DNA of 61,394 nt from a virus (lineage: Duplodnaviria > Caudoviricetes), in IMG/VR virus record IMGVR_UViG_3300036823_000136, positions 1 through 61,394 of that record. The stretch is one strand, 5' to 3'. Every line of letters begins with the position of its first letter. Positions within the stretch are counted from its first letter, which is position 1. The notes below the pieces were generated by a model. The model had not been told where the DNA came from. It was given only the letters and a program-made list of their open reading frames with translations, and did no database searches. Shown one piece after another: positions 53,482 through 61,394 of the stretch. A program made the position numbers and the translations under genes.

Positions 53482-53521
53482 CAAGTGCCCCGTCTTCGCC
53501 GGAGCGTAGACGGGGCACTTG
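53482..53521. terminator. Strong hairpin upstream of the capsid leader
   Basis: 14-bp stem CAAGTGCCCCGTCT. Confidence 0.6.
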
Positions 53522-53533
53522 ATCGAACGCGCG

Positions 53534-53782
53534 CTATCTGCGGACGGTGATCCGTGGATTGCGGATGTACTCCGGCGGCCGGAGCGCGTGCATGGCCGCG
53601 CGGATTGTCTGGCGCCGCTGGGGCAGCGCGAGAGCGAGGAACGCCCAGGGGAGCACGAAGGCCAGGGCGCCAAAGGCGAGGCAACCCCAGATCATCACGG
53701 CCATCAGCCAGAAGGAGGCCTTCAGAATCACGGCCATCAGGCGGTAGAAGGCGTACCCGAAGGCGAAGGCAACGAGGGTCAT
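53534..53782 (-). CDS. Membrane protein
   Basis: Strongly hydrophobic; ATGA overlap. Confidence 0.65.
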   Translation of the reverse strand: MTLVAFAFGYAFYRLMAVILKASFWLMAVMIWGCLAFGALAFVLPWAFLALALPQRRQTIRAAMHALRPPEYIRNPRITVRR

Positions 53783-54198
53783 CGGGGGTATTCCGAGTTG
53801 ATCCACTCGAAGGCCGCGCCGCCGGGGAAGACGGAGTTGAAGTCCTCGCGGAACAGCTCCATGAGCGACCCCGGGAGGTCGTACCGGTTCACCTCGATGG
53901 TGGCACCCAGGGAGCCATCCTTTTTGAGGTTGTTCGCGGTGACGAACGCGGGACGGCCCTCGCTCCAGGGGGAGCCGTTCAAGGAGTAGTACTCCACGGT
54001 CAGCGTGCGGGCCTGGACCTCGTTGGGTGACTTGGTCGTCTTCCTGAACGGTTCGGCATCCGTGACCTCGAACAGCGCGATGACGGTCTCCCGGGTGCTC
54101 TCCTTGTGGTCCTTGACCTGGAAGCTCTCCGATCCGTACGCGGTCTCCGCAGTGTTGACCGTGGTGTAGCGGTGTCCGGCGATCTTGATGGTGGCCAC
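53779..54198 (-). CDS. Hypothetical protein
   Basis: GTG after AAGGAAGG. Confidence 0.65.
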   Translation of the reverse strand: MATIKIAGHRYTTVNTAETAYGSESFQVKDHKESTRETVIALFEVTDAEPFRKTTKSPNEVQARTLTVEYYSLNGSPWSEGRPAFVTANNLKKDGSLGATIEVNRYDLPGSLMELFREDFNSVFPGGAAFEWINSEYPR

Positions 54199-54306
54199 GG
54201 CGAGCCGCCTTCCTTGTTTGGTGCGGGCCCCGCCGTCCGGCCTAACGGCATCCTGGCGGCGGGGCGCCCGCTGTGGGTAGTTCAAGTCCTTGTAAAACCA
54301 ATGTAT

Positions 54307-54323
54307 CCCCCCATAATGGGGGG
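54307..54323 (-). promoter_or_regulatory. Operator 15 in promoter TTGTAT-N18-TACATT
   Basis: TGTAT-CCCCCCATAATGGGGGG-ATACA. Confidence 0.85.
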
Positions 54324-54335
54324 ATACAAGGAGTC

Positions 54336-54578
54336 TCACCCGGTTGGGTGAGTCGGCGGGTCGGATCGGCCCTGGCCGGCCAGCGGGATGACCTCCCACT
54401 GGCCGTGCTCCTTCCAGTCGCGCGACCGCCGGAGGGCCTGCATCCTCGCGGTCTGCTCGTCCTTGTAGACGTTCCACCAGTGCCAAAAGCCGACCGTGAC
54501 CTTGCGGTGCTCGTCGGGGCACCAGGCGTGCGCCACCCACACCATCCCGCGGCCGTCCCCCTCGGAGCCCGCCACCAT
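54336..54578 (-). CDS. Hypothetical protein
   Basis: Coupled Trp-rich ORF. Confidence 0.55.
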   Translation of the reverse strand: MVAGSEGDGRGMVWVAHAWCPDEHRKVTVGFWHWWNVYKDEQTARMQALRRSRDWKEHGQWEVIPLAGQGRSDPPTHPTG

Positions 54579-55006
54579 CAGAATTTCTTCCCGCCGTCGG
54601 CGAGCCGGGCCTCGTCGGTGTGGTCGCGCCGGTAGGCGTTGTAGACCATCTTCTCCTCGAAGGCGCCCTGGAGATCGAGACCGAACCCGCCGGCGTAGTC
54701 GAACACGCGGATGAGCAGGTCGACCAGCTCGACCTCCTCGCCCGACCGGTGCGGCAGATGGTCGTCTGGCAGGCCCTTGCGGATGCCCTCCAGGGCCTCC
54801 GACAGCTCGCTGTGCATGAGCGCGATCAGCTCGCCCTTGTTCCGCTCGATCGGCTCGCCGGTGGCCGGGTCCTTCCACCACTGGCGGTTGGCACCGTGTG
54901 CGGCGGCAGCGTAGGCGTTGAGCCCGAAGAAGCTGGGCTCCGCGACGATCTCGACGCCGTCCAGCCCAGACCCGTCGGCGGGGTTGACCCGCGGGTAGTG
55001 CGTCAC
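54578..55006 (-). CDS. MazG-like nucleotide pyrophosphohydrolase
   Basis: LMHSELSEALE..RK; EEVELVD..IR..D; K..YN..R. Confidence 0.85.
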   Translation of the reverse strand: MTHYPRVNPADGSGLDGVEIVAEPSFFGLNAYAAAAHGANRQWWKDPATGEPIERNKGELIALMHSELSEALEGIRKGLPDDHLPHRSGEEVELVDLLIRVFDYAGGFGLDLQGAFEEKMVYNAYRRDHTDEARLADGGKKF

Positions 55007-55221
55007 TCATTCACCTCCGCCTTGCGCTCCTCGATCCGCTTGGCGGCGATCTCTTCGAGCCGACGGGCCCAGGTGATGACCCGCTCCAGCTCGCCGATAT
55101 CCAGGCTCACCATCGCGGCCTGCTCCAGCACCTCGTCGCCCTCGCTCGCCGCCTGAAGCCCGCTCAGCGCGTTCGCCGTGACCCAATCCTGGCCCACGTA
55201 CGGGTATCCGTAGAGCTGCAT
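55003..55221 (-). CDS. Hypothetical protein
   Basis: Coupled ORF. Confidence 0.6.
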   Translation of the reverse strand: MQLYGYPYVGQDWVTANALSGLQAASEGDEVLEQAAMVSLDIGELERVITWARRLEEIAAKRIEERKAEVNE

Positions 55222-55445
55222 CAGCTCCCACCGCCCATCGGAACCCAGTCGCTGGGCCGGGTTCGCACGCCGATGTCGCAGGTTTCGGCCAGGAACTGGG
55301 CGGCCTCCGAAAGCTCTTCCAGCTCGGGGACGCTCAGCTTGTGCAGAACGTCGGAAAAGGCCAAGCCGTTTCCCTCGACGACCGCGGTCAGGGCTTCGCC
55401 CGCGGCCTCGATCACGGGCCCGGAAGCCGGGTTCGGGTATCCCAC
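55221..55445 (-). CDS. Hypothetical protein
   Basis: SD AGGAGGG; coupled. Confidence 0.6.
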   Translation of the reverse strand: MGYPNPASGPVIEAAGEALTAVVEGNGLAFSDVLHKLSVPELEELSEAAQFLAETCDIGVRTRPSDWVPMGGGS

Positions 55446-55446
55446 G

Positions 55447-55689
55447 TCATCCCTCCTTCACGATCATGACGGTTTCGTGCGGGGCGAGGGTCCAGGCGAA
55501 TTCCGGCGCGGACTCGCCGACGATGTAGATCAAGCCCCCATCGGAATCCACCTCGATCACCTGCTCGTTCGCGCGCGCGTTGGCCATCGAGAACGTCTGG
55601 AAGGCGCCCGCAGCGGGCCGCTCGCCAACCAGGACCGCGTCAGCGCGGACCTCTTCAACCTGAGGGTTGATCTTTCCGAGCAACTTCAC
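55447..55689 (-). CDS. Hypothetical protein
   Basis: SD AAGGAG; coupled. Confidence 0.6.
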   Translation of the reverse strand: MKLLGKINPQVEEVRADAVLVGERPAAGAFQTFSMANARANEQVIEVDSDGGLIYIVGESAPEFAWTLAPHETVMIVKEG

Positions 55690-55856
55690 GATCGGCTCTC
55701 CTTTGCGAGCGCGCGGACGTTCAGGCGGTCGGCCATCTCCTGGGCCATGCTGCGGTGCTCCGGACGGAACATCGCAGCGACAAACGTCATTGGCTGGTTG
55801 ACCACCATGAACCAGCCGTCCCCGCCCTGCACGGGGATCACCTCGAATCGATCCAC
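55686..55856 (-). CDS. 56-aa hypothetical protein
   Basis: MDRFEVIPVQGGDGWFMVV..; SD GAGGAG. Confidence 0.55.
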   Translation of the reverse strand: MDRFEVIPVQGGDGWFMVVNQPMTFVAAMFRPEHRSMAQEMADRLNVRALAKESRS

Positions 55857-55877
55857 GTCACTCCTCTCGGTTGTGGC

Positions 55878-56636
55878 TCACGCGACCGCGCGGGCCAGGT
55901 TCAGGTGGGCGATCAGCTGCCGCCCGACGTACGCGGCGTACCGCGGCGGGATGGACTCGTTCATGCCCTTCTGGGTCATCCAGTCGATCCCGAGCAGCGC
56001 CTTGGCCTCCTCGTTGCTGGCCTTGTTCCCGTGGCCGTCACGCGAGCCGTCCGGACGACGCTTCTCGCGATAGGCGCCCCCCCCGTGGACGTTGATCGTG
56101 GCGCGCCACTCGACGCCGGTGCGCTTGCGGCACGAGTCGTCGGCGAGTGGCTCCAGCTCGAAGCCGCCGCCGGACTCGAACAGCCGGTGCCGCTTGAGCA
56201 GGAGCCCGTCCACGGTCGGCGCCGGGTTGAACATCGAGCCGCACAGCATGATCGGGTCGATCAGCTCAGCCTCGGGGTTGTCCGGGCGCGCCTCGACGTT
56301 CTCGATCACGTACGGCAGGCCGGACGCGAGCAGCTTCCGGCGGAACGGCGGCACCAGCTCGGGGTAGTCACGGCCGGTGCGCTTCTGGAGCGGGGAGCGG
56401 GATTGGCACGGCGGCGAGCCGACGGCCGCCCAGGGGTTGTAGGCCTCGATCAGCGCCTCGAAGTCGTTGAGCGCGTCGGCCTGGACGAACTCGAACGGGA
56501 AGAGCGGCTGAGGGTCCTTGTCCACGCCGACGACACAGAACCCGGCCTGGTCGTAGCCGTAGCTGGAGCCGCCCTGGCAGCTGAAGAAGTCGATCAGCAC
56601 GGGGCGTCCGCATCGGACACAGAATGATCCGGGCAC
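55878..56636 (-). CDS. DNA cytosine-5 methyltransferase (orphan)
   Basis: Motif I DFFSCQGG, catalytic SPPCQ, ENV, RHR.FE. Confidence 0.85.
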   Translation of the reverse strand: MPGSFCVRCGRPVLIDFFSCQGGSSYGYDQAGFCVVGVDKDPQPLFPFEFVQADALNDFEALIEAYNPWAAVGSPPCQSRSPLQKRTGRDYPELVPPFRRKLLASGLPYVIENVEARPDNPEAELIDPIMLCGSMFNPAPTVDGLLLKRHRLFESGGGFELEPLADDSCRKRTGVEWRATINVHGGGAYREKRRPDGSRDGHGNKASNEEAKALLGIDWMTQKGMNESIPPRYAAYVGRQLIAHLNLARAVA

Positions 56637-56697
56637 GCGATCACCTTCGGGTAGGAGTGCGGCGGGGCGCGGCCGGTGATGGCCGCGCCCCGGTGGG

Positions 56698-57102
56698 TCA
56701 GAGGATCACGGAGGCGATCAGGGAGCTGGTCGCGGCCTCGACCCGGCGGAGCGACATCTCCGCGCGCAGGGCCCACACGGCGGCGGAAACCTTGTCGCTC
56801 GCGCTGCCGGACTTCGGCCAGCTGTCTTCCATCCGCTGAAGGCGCTCGAAGGGCTCGTCCGCGAACAGCTTGGCGGCCTCGATACCCGGCGTCGGCAGGC
56901 CGTAGGCCAGCGCGTGCTGCCACTCGCCCCGGCGGCCCAGCTCGCACGTCACCTGAGCGGCGCTGGCCAGGTCCATGTCCTCGTGGGCGACGTACTGGGC
57001 GGCGGCCTTGCGCAGTTCGATCAGCGTCGAGTTCTGGAGGTTCTCCGCCATGTCGGTCCGGTGCTGGACCTCTTCGCGGGTGAGGGGCTGGATCATCTGC
57101 AT
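56698..57102 (-). CDS. Hypothetical protein
   Basis: SD AGAGG; own promoter. Confidence 0.7.
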   Translation of the reverse strand: MQMIQPLTREEVQHRTDMAENLQNSTLIELRKAAAQYVAHEDMDLASAAQVTCELGRRGEWQHALAYGLPTPGIEAAKLFADEPFERLQRMEDSWPKSGSASDKVSAAVWALRAEMSLRRVEAATSSLIASVIL

Positions 57103-57138
57103 GGTGAGCCTCTTTCGATCGGTGTCATGCCAATCTAT

Positions 57139-57155
57139 CCCCCCAAGATAGGGGG
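57139..57155 (-). promoter_or_regulatory. Operator 16 in promoter TTGACT-N18-TAGATT
   Basis: CCCCCCAAGATAGGGGG. Confidence 0.85.
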
Positions 57156-57163
57156 AGTCAAGC

Positions 57164-57523
57164 TCACACTCCGGCGGACTCGTTCAGGGCGTCGCGGGCG
57201 ATGACCGACACGCCGCGGTGCAGCCGCTTCAGAGCGAAGGTCAGAGCGGTGATCAACCCGGAGACGTAGTCCTCGGAGATCTCGCTGCCGCCGACGGCGC
57301 CGTGGTCGTTGATCCGGTACTCCATGCCGCTTCGGCGGACCCCCGCGTACCAGAGCGCCACGCCGTCCGTGCGGCTCGCGGAGAGGCTGAATCCCCAGCC
57401 GGTGCGCTGGACCTCCAGGAAGGTGTTGCCCTCCCAGCCGTAGTGATGCCAGGTGCCGACCGCCATCCGGCTGATGATGATGGGGAGGTCGCGTTCCGCC
57501 GGCCGATCGAAGTCGAAGTTCAT
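57164..57523 (-). CDS. Hypothetical protein (probably leaderless)
   Basis: ATG 7 nt after TAAGAT. Confidence 0.7.
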   Translation of the reverse strand: MNFDFDRPAERDLPIIISRMAVGTWHHYGWEGNTFLEVQRTGWGFSLSASRTDGVALWYAGVRRSGMEYRINDHGAVGGSEISEDYVSGLITALTFALKRLHRGVSVIARDALNESAGV

Positions 57524-57536
57524 GGGGCCAATCTTA

Positions 57537-57553
57537 CCCCCCAAGATGGGGGG
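57537..57553 (-). promoter_or_regulatory. Operator 17 in promoter TTGTAT-N17-TAAGAT
   Basis: CCCCCCAAGATGGGGGG. Confidence 0.85.
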
Positions 57554-57557
57554 ATAC

Positions 57558-57598
57558 AAGAGAAAACCCGCCGTGTGCTCGCACGACGGGCTTTTCTT
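57558..57598. terminator. Intrinsic terminator
   Basis: CCCGCCGTG/CACGACGGG stem flanked by A and T tracts. Confidence 0.7.
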
Positions 57599-57738
57599 GC
57601 GCTTCTGCGGAAGCTACCGCTGGTGCGGTCCACTCAGGATAGCCGCTCCGCCCTCGTTCTCCCACGCCGACACGGCGTCGAGTTGCTGCTCCAGCGCGAG
57701 GAACACGCGGTCTGCGAGGTCGACGGGCGGATCGTCGA

Positions 57739-58224
57739 TCACAGCGCCGAACCACTCATCCGGCCCTGCATCGCCAGCTCCATCGCCAGTTCCTTCAGCT
57801 CCCGCCAATGCACCTCGTTGGCGAGGATGGCGACCGCCGCCGACCGGGCCTCGTTCTGGTCGTACACAAGCTCGGACTCGTCGCACAACTTCTCGTAGGA
57901 AGCCAGGTCGTACGCGTCGGTACCGACTACGGCAGGCAGGCCCATCTCCGTCGTCCAGAGGTGCTGGGCTTCGATGCCGGCCATGTACACCTGGCACACC
58001 CCCCGAACTCCCTCGTCGCCGTACACCTGGCCTTCCTTGATCTCGCAGTACCCGTCACCACTCCAGAACTGGCGGATGACGAGCTTCGTCGGCGTAAGCC
58101 CGACCTCGCGCGCGACGATCGCGTGACCTACCTCGTGCACGGCCATCGACATCGTGTCAGTGGAGATGCCGTTGTTCTCCAGCTTCCTCAGCTCGTCGAA
58201 GCCCTCAAGCGTCGAATCGATCAT
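57739..58224 (-). CDS. Zinc metallopeptidase (M41-like, stand-alone)
   Basis: AVHEVGHAIVA (HExxH), MAG..A, downstream Asp. Confidence 0.8.
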   Translation of the reverse strand: MIDSTLEGFDELRKLENNGISTDTMSMAVHEVGHAIVAREVGLTPTKLVIRQFWSGDGYCEIKEGQVYGDEGVRGVCQVYMAGIEAQHLWTTEMGLPAVVGTDAYDLASYEKLCDESELVYDQNEARSAAVAILANEVHWRELKELAMELAMQGRMSGSAL

Positions 58225-58703
58225 GACTTCCCCTTCTCTCGCAGAGCTACCAGGTATTCACCCTTCGGCCACTTCGAGACCTGGGGGCACGTCTTCACGT
58301 GGCGCTGGAACGTCGGCCTGCCGGCGGCGCGCCAGCCCGCGGCCATGCCGTAAGCCATCTCTCCGCACGTCGGCCGGTCGCCCGCCGCGGACGGCGTCAG
58401 CGCCCACTTGCCGTGGCTGTCCGGCTCCGAGTCGAACGGCACGAGCTTGACCTCCGCGCGCTTCGCCGCCGTGCGAGCCCGCGGGTTCGGCTGGGTCTGG
58501 GCCCAGATGATCGGCTCGTGGCAGAAGCTGCACGGCGCGACCTTCATCCCGTCGGCCCGCGGTGGCGACGTGGCCACGGTGGGCCCGCACACGCCGCACA
58601 ACCTCGGACCACCGCACCGCGCCCGCGGCGGACGGCCCTGGGTTGGCTCGTCCTCAGCCGGCCCGACCCAGTACCCGTGCTGGTTCCATCCAACGGCGGC
58701 CAT
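58221..58703 (-). CDS. Cys/His-rich hypothetical protein
   Basis: CGGP.LC.VC; C..C..PIIWA; H..TCP. Confidence 0.7.
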   Translation of the reverse strand: MAAVGWNQHGYWVGPAEDEPTQGRPPRARCGGPRLCGVCGPTVATSPPRADGMKVAPCSFCHEPIIWAQTQPNPRARTAAKRAEVKLVPFDSEPDSHGKWALTPSAAGDRPTCGEMAYGMAAGWRAAGRPTFQRHVKTCPQVSKWPKGEYLVALREKGKS

Positions 58704-59443
58704 CAGAACAGCACCCCTTCCGACCCCTCGTCGGACGGCACGTACGCGGGGGTGAGCGGCCACATGCGGCGGCGGCAGTCCGCGGCGGCGTCAGCATTTC
58801 CCTGACGCTCGAAGTAGGTGGCGAGCCCCGAGGCCTGCGACTTGGCCCAGGCGATCTGGAGCGTGTGCAGCTCCTGCAAGCTCAGGTCGCCGACGACCGG
58901 GTAGGCCCGGGAGAGCTTCCAGGCCAGCCGGGCGGCGGCCATCGCGTCGGCGGCAGCGCCGTGCGCATCCTCTTCGGACAGCGTGATCCCGTAGTGGGAG
59001 CACGTGTCGATCAGCTTGCGCGAGCCCTTGCGGTACCGGTCGTGCTTCTTGTCGATCACGAACGGGTCGACGACGGGACCAACGTCCAGCGGCAAACCGC
59101 CCATCCGCGCGATCTCGCGATCCAGCACCGTCAGGTCGTACACGGCGTTGTAGGCGATCAGCGGGTGGCCCTCCCGCCAGGAGATCCTGATCGTGGCCGC
59201 GATCTCCTCGACGACCTCGTGCAGTGGTGCACCCTTGGCGCGCGCCTGCTCCGTCGAGATCCCGTGAACGGCGGTCGCATCCGCCGGAATCTCCACGCCG
59301 GGGTCGGCCAGGAGCACGCGCTCGATGACCTTCTTCCCCGGGACGATGTAGCAGAGCGCGGCCTGCACGATATGCGCCGACTCGGGGTCGGCCCCCGTGG
59401 TCTCCAGGTCGAATGCGAGAAGCGGTCCGTCTGCCCAGGTCAT
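58703..59443 (-). CDS. DnaQ-like DEDDh 3'-5' exonuclease
   Basis: FDLETTG, YNAVYDL, AH.A.ADA. Confidence 0.92.
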   Translation of the reverse strand: MTWADGPLLAFDLETTGADPESAHIVQAALCYIVPGKKVIERVLLADPGVEIPADATAVHGISTEQARAKGAPLHEVVEEIAATIRISWREGHPLIAYNAVYDLTVLDREIARMGGLPLDVGPVVDPFVIDKKHDRYRKGSRKLIDTCSHYGITLSEEDAHGAAADAMAAARLAWKLSRAYPVVGDLSLQELHTLQIAWAKSQASGLATYFERQGNADAAADCRRRMWPLTPAYVPSDEGSEGVLF

Positions 59444-59658
59444 GCCTTCTCCCGTGCCATCGTGCGCATCTTGCGCGCCAAGTCGTCGAACTCGACGGCG
59501 AGGTGAGCCAGCTGGACCTCACTGAGTTCGGAAAGATCGCTCGTGACCAGGTCGCCGCCGCCCTCGACTACGCCCGGGAACGCCACGTGACCGATCCGGA
59601 GCTGAACGCCGGTCCGATAGTCGTACTCGCCGACGAGGTGGACCTCCAGCTTCCTCAC
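59440..59658 (-). CDS. Hypothetical protein
   Basis: Coupled ORF. Confidence 0.55.
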   Translation of the reverse strand: MRKLEVHLVGEYDYRTGVQLRIGHVAFPGVVEGGGDLVTSDLSELSEVQLAHLAVEFDDLARKMRTMAREKA

Positions 59659-59855
59659 GCCTTCACCCCGTACTGCTCGCGGAACAGGGCGACGATCTCG
59701 CGCGCGGCGTTCTCCTCGTCGAGCACCACGCTGTTGCCGTCGCCGAGAACCTCGCTCGCCTCGTAGTTGCCCTGGAGGATGCGCACGATATCCGCTTCCG
59801 GGCCGACCGGCGGGACGAAGGAGCCGCCGTGCGTCGAGGCCCTGACGCCGCTCAC
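59655..59855 (-). CDS. Hypothetical protein
   Basis: Coupled ORF. Confidence 0.55.
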   Translation of the reverse strand: MSGVRASTHGGSFVPPVGPEADIVRILQGNYEASEVLGDGNSVVLDEENAAREIVALFREQYGVKA

Positions 59856-60484
59856 CGGCCGCCACGCCGCGCGCGGTCCTGGTCCTCGAAGAAGCCGGGG
59901 CGCGCCTCCCCGCGGTCCACCAGGGTGCCGAGACGAGCCATCTCGCGCGCGGCGTCGGCACCGGCAGCCGGGTCGATCGGCGGCAGCTCGTTGAGCACGC
60001 GCTCCTCCGCGCTCTCCAGCATGCGCACGGCGGCAGCCTCCCAGCCGCGCGAGGTGGGCAGCTGATCGACAACGAGCAGCATCTGGGGATGCAGCAGGGA
60101 CATCGCCTGGGCGGCCAAGGTCTGGACCTGACGGCTCTCGGGGGTGCCGCCGACGACGCGCCGCGAGCCGTAGAGGTTGTCGCCCATCGAGTCGGTGATC
60201 AGGGCGACCATGCCGGAGACAGGAATCTGGGTGACGGCGGTGCTGCCGAGAGTCGCGGTCACGACGGGGCCGTAGCTGTCGTCGCCGTAGACGATGTGCG
60301 CGCGGTAATCGACGCCGTTGGGCTCCAGCGGAATGAATGGGGTCGGGAGGCTGTCCTGGTCGGTGAACAGGTACTGGGCAGCGTCATCCGCGGACTCGTA
60401 GTTCGTCACCTCGCGACCGCCGGCGATACGCTCGACCACGTCGCGGCCGGCCTGCGACAGGCCGATGGTGATGATTGGGAGCAT
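59852..60484 (-). CDS. Hypothetical protein
   Basis: SD GAAGGGG; downstream of operator 18. Confidence 0.7.
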   Translation of the reverse strand: MLPIITIGLSQAGRDVVERIAGGREVTNYESADDAAQYLFTDQDSLPTPFIPLEPNGVDYRAHIVYGDDSYGPVVTATLGSTAVTQIPVSGMVALITDSMGDNLYGSRRVVGGTPESRQVQTLAAQAMSLLHPQMLLVVDQLPTSRGWEAAAVRMLESAEERVLNELPPIDPAAGADAAREMARLGTLVDRGEARPGFFEDQDRARRGGR

Positions 60485-60525
60485 GAGGCCCCTTCCAGGG
60501 GGTGCGGTACAGGTTGGTCAATCGT

Positions 60526-60542
60526 ACCCCCAGATTAGGGGG
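60526..60542 (-). promoter_or_regulatory. Operator 18 abutting TACGAT -10, between divergent genes
   Basis: ACCCCCAGATTAGGGGG. Confidence 0.75.
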
Positions 60543-60560
60543 ACAGACAAGGAGCATGCC

Positions 60561-60863
60561 ATGGCTGACACGGCCAAGCGATTCGCCGCCACGCGCGGCC
60601 AGAACGGCACTGCCATGGGGAAGCTGTCCAACGCGATGATCGGCGTAGCCGCGGTCATCGACAAGTGGTGGGACTCGTCGGAGCCTGGCGTCCAGGGTGC
60701 CATTCAGCACTTCGAGCAGGGCCTCGCGCGGTTGAAGATGACGGCGCCAGAGGGCTTCGTCTCCGACGACGAGGACGACGAGCCGAAGAAGGCAGCGCGC
60801 AAGCCGGCTTCGAAGAAGGACGACAGCGAGTCGACCGAGGAAACTCCGGCCGCAACGAGCTAA
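60561..60863 (+). CDS. Hypothetical protein with charged low-complexity tail
   Basis: SD AAGGAG; followed by a terminator. Confidence 0.7.
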   Translation: MADTAKRFAATRGQNGTAMGKLSNAMIGVAAVIDKWWDSSEPGVQGAIQHFEQGLARLKMTAPEGFVSDDEDDEPKKAARKPASKKDDSESTEETPAATS

Positions 60864-60888
60864 TCTGCCCGCGGTGGGAGTCACCAGC

Positions 60889-60927
60889 GAAGGCCCGGGG
60901 TTCAGGAGTGCACCCCGGGCCTTCTTC
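60889..60927 (+). terminator. Intrinsic terminator
   Basis: 13-bp stem GAAGGCCCGGGGT. Confidence 0.75.
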
Positions 60928-60945
60928 ATGTTTACGTGCTTGACA

Positions 60946-60962
60946 CCCCCCATAATGGGGGG
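60946..60962 (+). promoter_or_regulatory. Operator 19 in promoter TTGACA-N18-TACATT
   Basis: CCCCCCATAATGGGGGG. Confidence 0.85.
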
Positions 60963-61009
60963 ATACATTGGCGTGGTCACCAAGTAAGCGAGCAGCCGCG
61001 GAGGGCACC

Positions 61010-61189
61010 ATGTACGCAAACGAGCAGGGAATCCGGATCTTCGAGATCGATGACGTGGTCACCGTGGACGACGAGACGGTTCAGTGGTCCGTCGACCAGG
61101 TCGGCCAGGTTTGGGTCCGGCTCGTGAGCGGTCTGGCAGCTCGGAATGTGCTCCCCACCGCCCTGACCTTGGTCGACTCGAACGCCTGA
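61010..61189 (+). CDS. Small beta-rich hypothetical protein
   Basis: SD GGAGGG. Confidence 0.65.
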   Translation: MYANEQGIRIFEIDDVVTVDDETVQWSVDQVGQVWVRLVSGLAARNVLPTALTLVDSNA

Positions 61190-61242
61190 TCTTCGGGGGC
61201 GGCCACCCGGCCGCCCCCTCTCTCTATCGAAAGGGGCCCGCC

Positions 61243-61394
61243 GTGGCTCTCACCGTTGGACAGCTGACCAAGAAGCTCGACGAGGTCCGGGCGCTGGTCG
61301 GCAGCGATTACCCCGTCGTCTTCCTGTCCGGCCCGCTTGACCCGAACATGGACATCAACGACCCGAAGCCGGACGCCAAGGACATCGAAGCCGT
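61243..61394 (+). CDS. Hypothetical protein (truncated by window end)
   Basis: GTG after AAAGGGG; MALTVGQLTKKLDEV.. Confidence 0.6.
   Translation, partial: MALTVGQLTKKLDEVRALVGSDYPVVFLSGPLDPNMDINDPKPDAKDIEA

Noticed and set aside
71-59506. Many long + strand ORFs opposite real genes (e.g. 2436-4256, 20908-22647, 23363-25234, 44456-46228) and 15318-17750 on the - strand
   Set aside because: Shadow ORFs expected in high-GC DNA; Arg/Gly/Ala-rich with no motifs, and antisense to well-supported genes
10310-60962. C6-N5-G6 repeats as a CRISPR array or REP/MITE elements
   Set aside because: Dispersed single copies aligned with promoter boxes; no regular spacers, cas genes or target-site duplications
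61243-61394. Exact end-to-start circular junction
   Set aside because: Direct joining puts nt 1-59 out of its most plausible frame and no terminal repeat is visible, so circularity is inferred rather than shown

Overview
This is a near-complete, probably circularly permuted, high-GC tailed actinobacteriophage genome, almost all on the - strand. It encodes terminase, a portal-MuF fusion, a 2H-phosphoesterase/maturation-protease fusion, separate hexamer and pentamer capsid proteins, a non-contractile tail, a lysis cassette, a lambda-O-like initiator with internal iterons plus helicase, ERF/SSB, WhiB, Ltp, MazG-like proteins, a C5 methyltransferase and several HNH/EndoVII nucleases. I recognise no integrase, ParAB or CI/Cro. 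The most striking element is a + strand actinomycete-plasmid-type transfer module (small membrane protein, SpdA/DUF2637-like protein with an in-frame HNH domain, TraB-like FtsK translocase), whose coding DNA is densely overlaid with GGWCC repeats; this suggests a conjugative phage-plasmid. There is also a 17-bp C6-N5-G6 palindrome found 19 times, mostly inside SigA-type promoter spacers, with a tandem ribbon-helix-helix protein as candidate regulator. Other notable features are a predicted -1 frameshift extending the maturation protease, three candidate ncRNAs, and homing endonucleases that appear to have recoded the 5' ends of neighbouring genes. All family assignments are from motifs recognised by eye; no searches were run, and counts are manual.
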